A DNA stretch of 24,000 nt from Acaryochloris marina S15 (GTDB lineage Bacteria > Cyanobacteriota > Cyanobacteriia > Thermosynechococcales > Thermosynechococcaceae). The stretch's first letter is position 1. Every line of letters begins with the position of its first letter. The stretch lies in contig NZ_CP064923.1 in NCBI RefSeq assembly GCF_018336915.1, forward strand, positions 406,544-430,543, written 5' to 3'. The notes beneath the pieces were generated by a model, which made no database searches, had not been told where the DNA came from, and was given only the letters and a program-made list of their open reading frames with translations. Made by a program: the position numbers and the translations under genes. Shown piece by piece: positions 1-9,355 of the stretch.

Positions 1-2
1 GA

Positions 3-263
3 ATATTTATTGGAGGAAGTGGAGGGCATCTTCAGGAGATCTTGAATTACTGCCAAACGAGACTTGACCCATCAGGTGTGATCGTTTTGAGTTTGGCGAC
101 CTTAGAAAATTTTTATACTGCTAGCAAGTGGTTTGATACGTCTCATTGGGTAGTAGAACATCTGCAAATTCAGCTATCACGTTCTGTCCCTATTGCATCA
201 ATGACTCGATTAACCCCATTAAACCCAGTCATGTTGATCAGAGCCAGCAGAAACCCTAACTAG
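3..263 (+). CDS. cobL: 3' end of precorrin-6Y C5,15-methyltransferase (CbiT/CobL C-terminal domain), truncated by window edge
   Basis: Frame 3 is open from the window edge: IFIGGSGGHLQEILNYCQTRLDPSGVIVLSLATLENFYTASKWF...RSVPIASMTRLTPLNPVMLI. GGSGG...L.PGG-like...TLEN and the C-terminal R-S-(V)-P-I-x-x-x-T-R-L-x-P-L-N-P-V are typical of CbiT/CobL. The track's start at 42 is an internal Met. Confidence 0.85.
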   Translation: MFIGGSGGHLQEILNYCQTRLDPSGVIVLSLATLENFYTASKWFDTSHWVVEHLQIQLSRSVPIASMTRLTPLNPVMLIRASRNPN

Positions 264-392
264 AGTTTAGATAGAGCTCCTGTTAAATAACGCATTTATG
301 AGCAATGCATGAGACTCTGAATTAATCTGCTGTTTATGCCAAATTTTAGGTAAAAGAGAACAGAAGCAAACCCTAAGACTTAGTAGCGGGCC

Positions 393-776
393 TTATATGT
401 CTTCATCTTCATCGACTTGAATAAGATGAATATGCTTATATCCCAACTTAATTGAAAACTCATCGCCTGGTTTTAATCCCATTGCTTGAGTATAGGTAGA
501 GCCAATTACAATTTGGCCATTCTTATGCACACTGACCCGATATGTCGGTTCCCGTCCCCGCCCATCTTTGGAGCCATCAGGATTGAGATCAATCCCTCTT
601 GCTTCAATAACGGCATTGAGAAATTCGCCGAGATTAACGCGGGTTTGCTTATTCTTTGTAATCGAATAATATCCGCATCGTTTAGCCTTTTCACGGCGAG
701 ACAAGTGCTGAAGTTCTTTAACTTTTTGCAAGAGTGCTTTGCCAGTCAAAGGCGTCGTTTCGGTATCGGTTGCCAT
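393..776 (-). CDS. cyanobacterial AbrB-like transcriptional regulator (cyAbrB)
   Basis: 127 aa with LTGKALLQKVKEL...SRREKAKRCGYY N-terminal block and C-terminal AbrB-like YRVSVHKNGQIVIGSTYTQAMGLKPGDEFSIKLGYKHIHLIQ. Confidence 0.88.
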   Translation of the reverse strand: MATDTETTPLTGKALLQKVKELQHLSRREKAKRCGYYSITKNKQTRVNLGEFLNAVIEARGIDLNPDGSKDGRGREPTYRVSVHKNGQIVIGSTYTQAMGLKPGDEFSIKLGYKHIHLIQVDEDEDI

Positions 777-1311
777 CTACAAAAATATCCTTGCAATCAA
801 CGTGTAGAGAAACAGAAGCGTTTCTGCTTGGGGGTAGATCTTTAAAGCTGGATGATAAATTCCAACAACTAGACCTTATTTAAACTATTGCAATTGTAGC
901 AAAAAGAAAACGAATTGCTTTCTAAATATTATTCTAACGGTTTCTTTTTAATTAGCAACTAATTTTTATCGATGAAAGATAGGTCGATGATATATCGTCT
1001 TCCATCTAGAGAGGAAAGATTTTGCTGCTCTTATTTAGCAAAAGGTTTTGCCAAACCTAATTTTTAGGTTAGAGAAAGTCGGTGTCTCTCTAAGACATAC
1101 TAAACTTCTTCGAACTTGTACAAAGGTAGAACAATAATATGGAGACTTCCATAGAGATTATTTACCTGTGATACATTGATCGTAATAATAATATGCCTGT
1201 AGGGATGTCCGTATACCTTTACTAAAGGCAATCTTTCTTTAGACTTTTCAAAAAACTCGACAAATATAACAGAAAAATTGATAATCACTCAAAGTTCTTA
1301 GGCATGAAATC

Positions 1312-2394
1312 ATGCAAGTTCTGTTCAAAATAATTCGTCAACAGCGACAAGGTGAAGTCAAAGTCCAGACCTATCAGTTAGACGTAGACCCGAGTACCAC
1401 CATTCTGGACTGTTTGAATTTGATTAAATGGCAGCAGGATGGGTCTCTTGCTTTTCGAAAAAACTGTCGAAATACCATTTGTGGTAGCTGCAGTATGCGG
1501 ATTAATCATCGAGCGGCATTGGCTTGTCAACAGAATGTGAAAGCAGAATTAGCCCATTCTCATTCAGTCGCAAGTGAACAGAACCCAGCGGACTCAGACC
1601 TTGAGAATTCAGATTCAATTCCTGTGATTGAAATTGCTCCCATGGAGAATATGCCAGTCATTAAAGACTTAGTCGTAGACATGGATCAGTTTTGGCAAAA
1701 TCTGGAACAGGTTGAACCTTATGTGAGTTCTGCGAGTCGACAAGTGCCGGAACGGGAGTTTCTCCAGTCTCCAGAAGATCGCAGCAAACTCGATCAAATG
1801 GGTAATTGCATTTTATGTGGGGCCTGTTATTCCGACTGTAATGCGCTCCCAGCTAATGCTTCTTTTGTGGGTCCCCATGCTTTGGCGAAAGCCCATCGAT
1901 TGTTAGCTGATACTCGTGATCAAGCGACGGAGCAGCGCCTGGAACAATATAATCAGGATATCCAAGGGGTCTGGGGCTGTACCCGTTGTTTCAATTGCAA
2001 TACGGTTTGCCCTATGGGAGTTGCCCCCCTTGATCAGATTAGTAAAATCAAATCTCAGGTGCTGGCTAACCCGACGCTTCCTGATAGTCGTCCCCTTCGC
2101 CATCGGCGTGTCTTAGTGGATTTAGTCCAAGAAGGGGGCTGGATCGATGAGCGGAAATTTGGGCTAAAAGTGGTGGGCAATAACTTTAAGGATCTTCCAG
2201 GTCTTTTCAGCCTTGTACCTTTAGCTGGACAGATGCTCCGGCGTCAAAAACTGCCGATTAAGTTTGATGCTTCAACTGGGACGGCTGAAGTGAGAGGGCT
2301 GATTGATGCGGTTAAGAAGCGGCAATCTAAGGTAGCTCAGTCTCAGAATGATTCAGCCGATCACAATGAGTCGGAACAGAAGTTTGGAAAATAA
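1312..2394 (+). CDS. sdhB: succinate dehydrogenase/fumarate reductase iron-sulfur subunit
   Basis: 2Fe-2S motif CRNTICGSCSMRINHRAALAC; MENMPVIKDLVVDM; ferredoxin-type motifs CILCGACYSDC and CTRCFNCNTVCP. Confidence 0.93.
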   Translation: MQVLFKIIRQQRQGEVKVQTYQLDVDPSTTILDCLNLIKWQQDGSLAFRKNCRNTICGSCSMRINHRAALACQQNVKAELAHSHSVASEQNPADSDLENSDSIPVIEIAPMENMPVIKDLVVDMDQFWQNLEQVEPYVSSASRQVPEREFLQSPEDRSKLDQMGNCILCGACYSDCNALPANASFVGPHALAKAHRLLADTRDQATEQRLEQYNQDIQGVWGCTRCFNCNTVCPMGVAPLDQISKIKSQVLANPTLPDSRPLRHRRVLVDLVQEGGWIDERKFGLKVVGNNFKDLPGLFSLVPLAGQMLRRQKLPIKFDASTGTAEVRGLIDAVKKRQSKVAQSQNDSADHNESEQKFGK

Positions 2395-2471
2395 AGCAGA
2401 TTGCCAAGGTATCCGCGGTGCGATCGCAAGAAAATTCCGTTAAGATCCTGAAGTCCTTTTCTGCTTTGTTT

Positions 2472-2666
2472 ATGAGTTCTTCAAACGTCCCGGAGCCGGA
2501 TCAAGCCCCCTCAACAGAGCTAGAGACCGCCCCTGAACCTGGGTTTGGGTGGACAGGTTATGCAGAGCGAATTAATGGCCGCTTTGCCATGGTGGGGTTT
2601 ATGGCTCTACTTTTACTAGAACTAATTACCCGCCAAGACTTCTTTACTTGGGTGGGATTGCGCTAA
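2472..2666 (+). CDS. high light-inducible protein (HLIP/SCP, single-helix chlorophyll a/b-binding family)
   Basis: C-terminal GWTGYAERINGRFAMVGFMALLLLELITRQDFFTWVGL is the canonical HLIP helix (E..NGR.AM.GF). The likely start is ATG 2472, not 2418. Confidence 0.9.
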   Translation: MSSSNVPEPDQAPSTELETAPEPGFGWTGYAERINGRFAMVGFMALLLLELITRQDFFTWVGLR

Positions 2667-2668
2667 TC

Positions 2669-2696
2669 AAAAGAGGCGCTTTAAGGCGCCTCTTTT
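2669..2696. terminator. intrinsic (bidirectional) terminator between hlip and sodB
   Basis: Perfect 11-bp stem AAAAGAGGCGC / GCGCCTCTTTT with 6-nt loop, between two convergent genes; T-run inside the 3' arm and A-run at the 5' arm. Confidence 0.82.
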
Positions 2697-2730
2697 AACT
2701 CTAGATCAGGTAGCCTACCGAGTTATTCGA

Positions 2731-3339
2731 TTAGGCTGCAGCAAAATTCTGGGCGGCAAAGTCCCAGTTGACCAAGCTAGATAGAAAGGTATCAATATAG
2801 CCAGGACGGCTGTTTTGGAAATCTAGATAATAGGCATGTTCCCAAACATCCATGGTGAGCAAAGGGGTTTGCCCATGGACCAAAGGATTCTCAGCATTGG
2901 GGGTTTTGGTGATTTTCAGCTTGCCATTTTCTAGGACGAGCCAAGCCCAACCGCTGCCAAACTGAGTTCCACCAGCTTCCTTAAAAGCAGCCTTAAAGTT
3001 ATCGTAGTTGCCAAAATCGGTATTAATTTGGGCCGCTAATGCGCCACCGGGCAAACCACCGCCGCCGGGCTTCATAGAGTTCCAATAAAAGCTGTGATTC
3101 CAAGCTTGGGCCGCATTATTAAAAAGGCCAGCTTTGGCAGAATCCTTGTAGGCAGACTGGATGACTTCCTCAATGGACATATTATCCATCGGAGTATCCT
3201 TGGTCATGCCATTACACTTGGTCACATAAGCTGCATGGTGTTTGTCATGGTGAAATTCTAGGGTTCGGGCAGAAATATGGGGTTCTAAAGCGCTGTAATC
3301 GTAGGGCAGGTCAGGTAGTTGGTAAACCATGCAGTTCAT
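2731..3339 (-). CDS. sodB: superoxide dismutase, Fe type
   Basis: 202 aa: YQLPDLPYDYSALEPHIS...LEFHHDKHHAAYV...AQAWNHSFYWNSM...LLTMDVWEHAYYLDFQNSRPGYI. Confidence 0.95.
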   Translation of the reverse strand: MNCMVYQLPDLPYDYSALEPHISARTLEFHHDKHHAAYVTKCNGMTKDTPMDNMSIEEVIQSAYKDSAKAGLFNNAAQAWNHSFYWNSMKPGGGGLPGGALAAQINTDFGNYDNFKAAFKEAGGTQFGSGWAWLVLENGKLKITKTPNAENPLVHGQTPLLTMDVWEHAYYLDFQNSRPGYIDTFLSSLVNWDFAAQNFAAA

Positions 3340-3622
3340 CCTCTCTTGAAAATATGTTCAGTGGGCCTTTTCATGACCATGGCGATCATGAAACGACCCT
3401 AATGCGGTTTGGCTATACGGTTGTAACAGCTGTATAGCCTGTGTTCTCTCAAAGATCGCCAAATTATCCTATCACTCATCCCCAGTCTTCTCGGTCTATC
3501 TTGAGGTGGAGATAGGAGGTGTGGTCGTATCGCAGCTAGAAAATGTTTACTGGTTACGGATGCTTGATCTAACCATAGGTCTTAACTCAAGCGTGTTTCA
3601 ATGTCTGAAATGTCCTGAGATG

Positions 3623-4702
3623 CTAAGCCACTTTCTTGAACGAGGTGTTCTTATTGCCCCAGAGGAAAGGTTGCTGGCGGACTTGGTCAATGAGTCGGCG
3701 GATGGTGAAGTTACTCAAGACCGTGAAGGGACCCACCATGATTAAAGACTTGACCTCAGCTCTGGAAATTTTGATATTCCCACCTGATTTGAGCATTGCG
3801 GTTGACCCGGTGATATCCCGCAGGGTTGCATAGGCAAACACCAGGGGCAAGATGCAGAATAGTCGAATAGGGATGGCAGACCGGGGGATCTCCATCAAAT
3901 ATTGGGCTGCTTTATCCAAATCGGACCAAGCCAGTTCTACCAAAGATTTGATGGCTGCATGATTTTGGGTCAGAAACTCAGGATCCAATAGTTTTGCATG
4001 ACTGCTGCCATGGGCCTCTAAAGCATCTTGGGGGACATAGATGGAATTTTCATGTTCGGCATCCCAAGCAATATCCTTGAGAATATTGACGGTTTGTAGC
4101 CCTTCACCAAAGGCTGCACAGGTCTGCCGCAGGGTATGGTAAGTGGCAAAATCGACGCTGGGAGAATGCTCAAACCATAAATCTGTGAGCAGATAGCCGA
4201 CGGTACCCGCGACGTAGTAGCAATATTCTTGATATTCTTCCAGGGTCTTAATCCGGATGCCTTGGGCATGCAGTTTGACGAACTTTTGCATCCCCTGCAC
4301 CATTTCTGTAATCCAATGTTGTAGGGTCTGTTGTGATTTGGCGGGTAAGCTGCGAAACAGTGCAAAAACAAGGTGGGTATTTTCGACGAGATGTAGATGG
4401 GCCGCTTCCCCTTCGAGGGTTCCGACCGCTTGGGGAAAAACATCTGCCCGGGCTGGATCATCGAAGCAGACTAAAAATTTGTCCAAGAGTCTGATTTTGG
4501 ATTCTATGGTGGCGATGGGATCATCTTCGATGGTGTCAGCAATTCTAGCCAGTAGGTAGCCACAGAGGACGGCACGTCCTAAGTTGCCGGGTAAAAACCG
4601 AATACTTAAGGCAAAGGTGCGAGAGACTTGTGGCAAGATCTCTTGGCAAAAGCGTTCAACTTGCCGATGATCGGTGGGAGACTCCAGGGCCATTTGTACC
4701 AT
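3623..4702 (-). CDS. squalene/phytoene synthase family protein, most like squalene synthase (farnesyl-diphosphate farnesyltransferase)
   Basis: FCQEILPQVSRTFALSIRFLPGNLGRAVLCGYLLARIADTIEDDP; YCYYVAGTVGYLLTDLW; GEGLQTVNILKDIAWDAEHENSIYVPQD, a second Asp-rich region. Confidence 0.85.
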   Translation of the reverse strand: MVQMALESPTDHRQVERFCQEILPQVSRTFALSIRFLPGNLGRAVLCGYLLARIADTIEDDPIATIESKIRLLDKFLVCFDDPARADVFPQAVGTLEGEAAHLHLVENTHLVFALFRSLPAKSQQTLQHWITEMVQGMQKFVKLHAQGIRIKTLEEYQEYCYYVAGTVGYLLTDLWFEHSPSVDFATYHTLRQTCAAFGEGLQTVNILKDIAWDAEHENSIYVPQDALEAHGSSHAKLLDPEFLTQNHAAIKSLVELAWSDLDKAAQYLMEIPRSAIPIRLFCILPLVFAYATLRDITGSTAMLKSGGNIKISRAEVKSLIMVGPFTVLSNFTIRRLIDQVRQQPFLWGNKNTSFKKVA

Positions 4703-4948
4703 AATCGTTCACTCCTGCTTTAAACCAAAACTCAAAATGCAAATCACACCACGGCCACAGAGGTCTTTAGGGACAGAACCACTCATCGCCTAATGAGTAT
4801 GTATACCTGTCTCCGAGTGAACATAGCATACGGACCTCTCAAATTACAGAAGTAGTGTGAGAGTTTTATATCTGTCCTTTTAATTGTGAACGGCTGAAAG
4901 CATGGCCTGTTCAGGCTTTTTTTATTCCATCGCTGGAGACTAATTCTC

Positions 4949-5641
4949 ATGCCATCTCAGATTGATCTTGTGTTTGTGCCCCAAGGAGCAGAGTATCGGT
5001 CGGTCTGTAAGGGGTTAAAAGCTGCAGGGGTTAACTCTACAGCTGTTGTGCCCATTCCCGTGGGTCCCCAGGGGGTAACCCAGTTTCTCCAGCAATGGCT
5101 CCAGAAGTCTCTTGGGACGACCTCTCCTAATGCTCTCTTAATGGGCTTAGGCGGAAGTTTGACCCATCAGCTTTCAGTGGGTGATGTGACTACCTGCCAG
5201 ACTTGTATTGACGGTACCCAGGCGACGGACGTTCCAATGACTTGTGATCCACAGATTTTCCTGAGTCTATCCCAACGGTTCTCGGGGACCGTGATACCGG
5301 TCACGGGAGTGAGTTGCGATCGCATCATTAATACCACCGCCGAAAAACGACAGCTAGCCCAGACTCATCAAGCGGATGTCGTGGATATGGAAGGGTTTGC
5401 GCTGTTGTCGGGTTTAAAGTCTACGCAGATTTCTCTGGGCATTGTGCGGGTGATCAGCGATGATATCCACCATGATTTACCGGATTTGAATGGAGCGATT
5501 AGCCCGGAGGGGCACCTGCAAACGTTTCCCTTAGCGATGGGAATGCTGCGCCAGCCCTTGCCCGCCCTGCGTCTGATTCGAGGATCTCTCAAAGGGCTTA
5601 AACAATTGGAGAAAGTCACAACTGAGATCTTTAAGCCCTGA
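4949..5641 (+). CDS. phosphorylase-superfamily protein (MTA/SAH nucleosidase or HpnG-like)
   Basis: MPSQIDLVFVPQGAEYRSVCKGL...NALLMGLGGSL...GVSCDRIINTTAEKRQLAQTHQADVVDMEGFALLSGLKSTQISLGIVRVISDD; the VDMEG(F/Y)A motif is typical of nucleoside phosphorylase/nucleosidases. Confidence 0.72.
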   Translation: MPSQIDLVFVPQGAEYRSVCKGLKAAGVNSTAVVPIPVGPQGVTQFLQQWLQKSLGTTSPNALLMGLGGSLTHQLSVGDVTTCQTCIDGTQATDVPMTCDPQIFLSLSQRFSGTVIPVTGVSCDRIINTTAEKRQLAQTHQADVVDMEGFALLSGLKSTQISLGIVRVISDDIHHDLPDLNGAISPEGHLQTFPLAMGMLRQPLPALRLIRGSLKGLKQLEKVTTEIFKP

Positions 5642-5656
5642 ATGCTGGATTGAGGC

Positions 5657-6619
5657 TTAGAGAGCAGCCAGCACCGGATCGTGGATGCTGCCATTGCTGA
5701 CGACGACCCCTTGGTTATTCACCAGTTTTGCCCCTAAGGAGAAATCGAGGGACTTACCGGCGATATCCGTCACTCGACCGCCTGCTTCTTCCACTAAAAT
5801 TACCCCTGCGGCGTGATCCCAGATTTTCTCGCGATAGTCAGGAGTTTTCGGAGAAGGCAGTCGCAAATAGAGGGCTGCTTCCCCAGCGGCAACCGCCATA
5901 TATTTGGCTTGGCTATCCATGCGTAAGGAGTCTTGGGTGATACCTGCAGCTTTAGCAACGGCGGCTTGGCGAGACTGATCGCCATGACCGGATTCCACGC
6001 TTTCCACAAAGCGGAGATTGTCAGATTGCTCCGCAGAGACCACTTGGATCGATTGAGGGGTGCCACCTGCTAAAGGAGATAGGGTTGCACCTGCTCCGCG
6101 CACGGCAACGCCCATTAATCCGGTTTGCCCCTCTGTAAAAGAGAGGGCCGGACAGCCCAAAACGCCCACTTTAATTTCGCCATCTTCGATTAAGGCTAAT
6201 GCGATCGCATATTGGTCTCCCCGCAAAAAACCTTTGGTGCCGTCAATGGGGTCCAAGGTCCAGTAACGCGAGGCGACTTGACCATTGCCATGGTCAATCC
6301 AGTCTGTCACTTGTTCGGCAGTGGCATCGGGGACAATGGCCTGAACATATTGGGTGACCTGGGCCAAGCGCTCGGCCATCTCAGGGGTCCGCAATTCTGC
6401 AGCATCCTCTTCACCCACCACGGCATCTTGGGGGAAGGCAGTGGAGAGGGCCCGACAAATGAGCGCTTGAGCGCCAAAGTCAGCCACGGTTACCGGGCTT
6501 TTATCTTTCTTCTCAATGGCTTCTGGGACAATTTCGCGCCGAACTTGTTCGCAAAGTTGGGCTGCCGCTTGTACAGCTTGGATAGCGATTTGTTTCTCAG
6601 ATTCGTAGGGCATAATCAC
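5657..6619 (-). CDS. 3'(2'),5'-bisphosphate nucleotidase / inositol monophosphatase family (CysQ/HAL2-like)
   Basis: VGEEDAAELR; WTLDPIDGTKGFLRGDQYAIALALI; KIWDHAAGVILVEEAGGRVTDIAGKSLDFSLG, the Li-sensitive phosphatase signatures. Confidence 0.92.
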   Translation of the reverse strand: MIMPYESEKQIAIQAVQAAAQLCEQVRREIVPEAIEKKDKSPVTVADFGAQALICRALSTAFPQDAVVGEEDAAELRTPEMAERLAQVTQYVQAIVPDATAEQVTDWIDHGNGQVASRYWTLDPIDGTKGFLRGDQYAIALALIEDGEIKVGVLGCPALSFTEGQTGLMGVAVRGAGATLSPLAGGTPQSIQVVSAEQSDNLRFVESVESGHGDQSRQAAVAKAAGITQDSLRMDSQAKYMAVAAGEAALYLRLPSPKTPDYREKIWDHAAGVILVEEAGGRVTDIAGKSLDFSLGAKLVNNQGVVVSNGSIHDPVLAAL

Positions 6620-6672
6620 GTAGCGTCAACAGGGCAATGTCTACCATAGCTGATTCGAAAGGGTGAAACCAG

Positions 6673-6987
6673 TCAATCTGAAGACAGAGGTTCGGCCCAG
6701 GTGGAGACGCTTTTCAATAAGGGGGGAATGTCGTAAAAGTCCGGTGGAAACTCTAATTGGGTTTCTCGCAATCCGAGATAGCCAGATTCTTGAAACGCTA
6801 ATAAGACCCGCTGCAGGGCTAGCCAGACTTCTGCTTCATATTCCCAATCTCCATGCCGAGGGGCATAGCCGGCAATTGCTCGCATCGCCCAAAAATAGCT
6901 GTTGCGAACTACGGACCCACCTTTCTTAAACTTGGGTAGGTCCTCGTTGTGGAGGATGATCAGATCTTGGTCGAGCCGTGCTCGCAT
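6673..6987 (-). CDS. conserved hypothetical protein
   Basis: The ORF extends to 7023, but the internal Met at 6987 (MRARLDQDLIILHNEDLPKFKKGG...) avoids overlap with chlM. It is co-directional and immediately downstream of chlM. No family recognised. Confidence 0.6.
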   Translation of the reverse strand: MRARLDQDLIILHNEDLPKFKKGGSVVRNSYFWAMRAIAGYAPRHGDWEYEAEVWLALQRVLLAFQESGYLGLRETQLEFPPDFYDIPPLLKSVSTWAEPLSSD

Positions 6988-6997
6988 GTTGAATCTG

Positions 6998-7690
6998 CTA
7001 TGCTTCTGGGCGCTTGGCTTCAATCAGGCGGGAGAAATAAAAGCTGGTTTTAGTCATAGCTTTGCGCTCGATGGTCCACCCTTGGGATCGCAAAATGTCG
7101 CAAATATCAAAATCTCGGTGTAGATAAGCCCGAGTGGTTTTGCTCGGACCTGGGAAGAAGCTGCCAATTTTCTTTAGCAACATATACCCAATGGTCCAGG
7201 GGGCAAAGCTCAGGATGAGCCGAGAGTTGGCTAAGGATGCTAAATGATTGATCATTTCCGGTACTTTTTGGTCGGGATAGTGAATCAATACATCGAGACA
7301 AATAACCGTGTCATAACTACCAGATAAGGTCTCTAAATCCTGAACGCTGAAGTTGGGGTTTTGATCTTGGCCTAATGTTTGTTGTGCTCTGGTCTGGGCC
7401 TCTTCCACCATTTTTTTTGAAATATCGCTAGCTGAGACCTGAATACCCTTCTCTGCGAGGGGAATGCTCAAGCTCCCCACGCCACAGCCCGCATCGCAAA
7501 AAGATTGTCCTGATAAATCTCCATCGGCCTTTAGCCAGGAGAGAACCGTATCGACGGTTTGTTGATGACCGACGCGAATGTCTTTTTGGACTTTATTCAC
7601 ATCACCGTCGCCATAAATCCGCCGCCAACGGTCGAAACCAACGGTATTGAAATAATCTTGGACAACGGCTTTATCGTTGGTGGTAGGCAT
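6998..7690 (-). CDS. chlM: magnesium-protoporphyrin IX methyltransferase
   Basis: 230 aa SAM-dependent MT: VQDYFNTVGFDRWRRIYG...FCDAGCGVGSLSIPLAEKG...YDTVICLDVLIHYP...FAPWTIGYMLLKKIGSFFPGPSKTTRAYLH. Confidence 0.95.
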   Translation of the reverse strand: MPTTNDKAVVQDYFNTVGFDRWRRIYGDGDVNKVQKDIRVGHQQTVDTVLSWLKADGDLSGQSFCDAGCGVGSLSIPLAEKGIQVSASDISKKMVEEAQTRAQQTLGQDQNPNFSVQDLETLSGSYDTVICLDVLIHYPDQKVPEMINHLASLANSRLILSFAPWTIGYMLLKKIGSFFPGPSKTTRAYLHRDFDICDILRSQGWTIERKAMTKTSFYFSRLIEAKRPEA

Positions 7691-7922
7691 GGGTATATTA
7701 CTGACACAGGTCTCAATCCTCTATGGTTGCAGAAAATTGGACAATCAGGGATTTTTTGCACCACCCAATCTTTAGCCATCCTTAAAAGCAAAGGAGCATG
7801 CGCCTTTCTCTTTGGGGAGGATTAAGACAGACGTTTTAGGATGATTCGCGAGTTGTCACCTCGGTCAGTAGAGTTTGGGGTACGACACCGTGGATATTAG
7901 AGTAGGCTCCTAACCCAGGTGT

Positions 7923-8297
7923 TTAGCGCCTTGTTTTATATCTTTTGTTATAGAGTCGACAGACTAATGGATGTGGATCATCATCGGTAAATGGAATGGC
8001 CGTACCATCGGCTGTGATGCGAATGCGATCGCGACAGTCATAGGTCTCTCGAGGTTGTCTGGCTCCATCAATGGTGACGATGGCCCGATATTCCCAATAA
8101 TTTTTGGCGGTGCGGTTCAAGGACGCTTCACAAATGCGGCGACCTTTAATATTCCGACAGATCGCTGCATGGGCAGGAGCCGGTAGACTAAACAGCACCA
8201 TCCCTCCCACTAAGACAAAGAGTAAGCTCTTGCGAAGCAGCGCCTTCAACGGTAGGGCTGGCAGGGGTATCTGTGGCAACGAGAATTGTGAGGTCAT
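7923..8297 (-). CDS. small secreted/exported hypothetical protein
   Basis: Signal peptide-like LLRKSLLFVLVGGMVLFSLPAPAHA followed by a short Cys-containing mature domain. ORF extends to 8345; the second Met at 8297 is also possible. Confidence 0.6.
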   Translation of the reverse strand: MTSQFSLPQIPLPALPLKALLRKSLLFVLVGGMVLFSLPAPAHAAICRNIKGRRICEASLNRTAKNYWEYRAIVTIDGARQPRETYDCRDRIRITADGTAIPFTDDDPHPLVCRLYNKRYKTRR

Positions 8298-8432
8298 CAG
8301 CAAAAACTCAACAGAAGTATTGATGTATATCTTGACTTGTATCACAGTCCATACCCAGATTGGCTTAACCTAAACCTACGCTCAATATTTTTCAACGATT
8401 GACGGTCAATTTTTGATTACGGCATCGGTCTT

Positions 8433-9314
8433 ATGGTCGTCCCCCCACCTCAAAACCCATCGAGTTCGTCGGCTAAAGTGGTGTTGATTACGGGATGTTC
8501 CTCTGGAATTGGCAAAGCTCTAGCCCTTGAGTTTCGGCAACAAGGCTATCAAGTCTTCGCAACTGCTCGGAACCTGGCTGATATGGAGGCACTTGCCCAA
8601 CCAGGGATTGCCACATTGCAGTTAGATGTCACCTGTCCTGCAGAGATAGCCACTGCCATCGATACCCTGGTTGCCGAGACCCAGGGAATCGATATTCTCG
8701 TGAATAATGCGGGCTATGGGGTGATGGGGCCGTTGCTAGATATTCCCAATGGCGAGTTGGTGAACCAATTTCAAACCAATGTGTTTGCACCCATCCATCT
8801 CATCCAGCAGGTGGTGCCTTTGATGGGGAAGGGAGGGCTGATCCTCAATTTGGGGAGTGTTTCAGGGGTGATGAGTACGCCTTTTGCCGGTCCCTACTGT
8901 GCTTCCAAAGCGGCCCTGCATGCGTTATCCGATGCATTGCGAATGGAACTGGCCCCTTTTAAGATTCAGGTCGTGACGGTTCGAGCCGGGGCGATTCAAT
9001 CCCAGTTTGGGCAAACGGCATCCCAGATGGCTGAACGGTTGTTCTCCGCCAACTCTCGCTATCAGCAGCTCGCACCTCAAATTCAGGCACGGGCGCTAGC
9101 GTCTCAGAACCAGGCGACTTCTGCGGCTGTCTTGGCCCAAAAGTTGGTACATCGTATTCAGCACTCGGATCGGCTGCCTCCTGAAATTGCCATTGGCAAC
9201 AAAAGCCGCACCTTGCCATTATTAAAACGGTGGCTACCAACTCGACTATTGGATCGAATTTTGATGCGGAAATTTGGGTTAGGGGATTGGCAGCCGGGTC
9301 CACCGCCAAACTAA
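8433..9314 (+). CDS. short-chain dehydrogenase/reductase (SDR) family oxidoreductase
   Basis: VVLITGCSSGIGKALALEF; NNAGYG; S...YCASKAALHALSDALRMEL. Confidence 0.92.
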   Translation: MVVPPPQNPSSSSAKVVLITGCSSGIGKALALEFRQQGYQVFATARNLADMEALAQPGIATLQLDVTCPAEIATAIDTLVAETQGIDILVNNAGYGVMGPLLDIPNGELVNQFQTNVFAPIHLIQQVVPLMGKGGLILNLGSVSGVMSTPFAGPYCASKAALHALSDALRMELAPFKIQVVTVRAGAIQSQFGQTASQMAERLFSANSRYQQLAPQIQARALASQNQATSAAVLAQKLVHRIQHSDRLPPEIAIGNKSRTLPLLKRWLPTRLLDRILMRKFGLGDWQPGPPPN

Positions 9315-9355
9315 ACCTGACTTTGATTTCAGCTGGAGGGAACGTGAGTCATCAG

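Noticed and set aside
486-845. 119 aa plus-strand ORF opposite cyAbrB
   Set aside because: Antisense to a recognised regulator; no family features.
4018-4559. Minus- and plus-strand ORFs (147 aa and 100 aa) within the squalene-synthase-like gene
   Set aside because: Out-of-frame shadows of the 3623..4702 CDS.
4890-4935. Possible terminator GGCCTGTTCAGGCTTTTTTT
   Set aside because: The symmetric core has only a 2-nt loop (GCCTG-TT-CAGGC) and flanking pairing is poor, so I could not support a stable hairpin call.
6212-6649. 146 aa plus-strand ORF opposite the CysQ/IMPase gene
   Set aside because: Antisense to a strongly supported CDS; no protein-like motifs.
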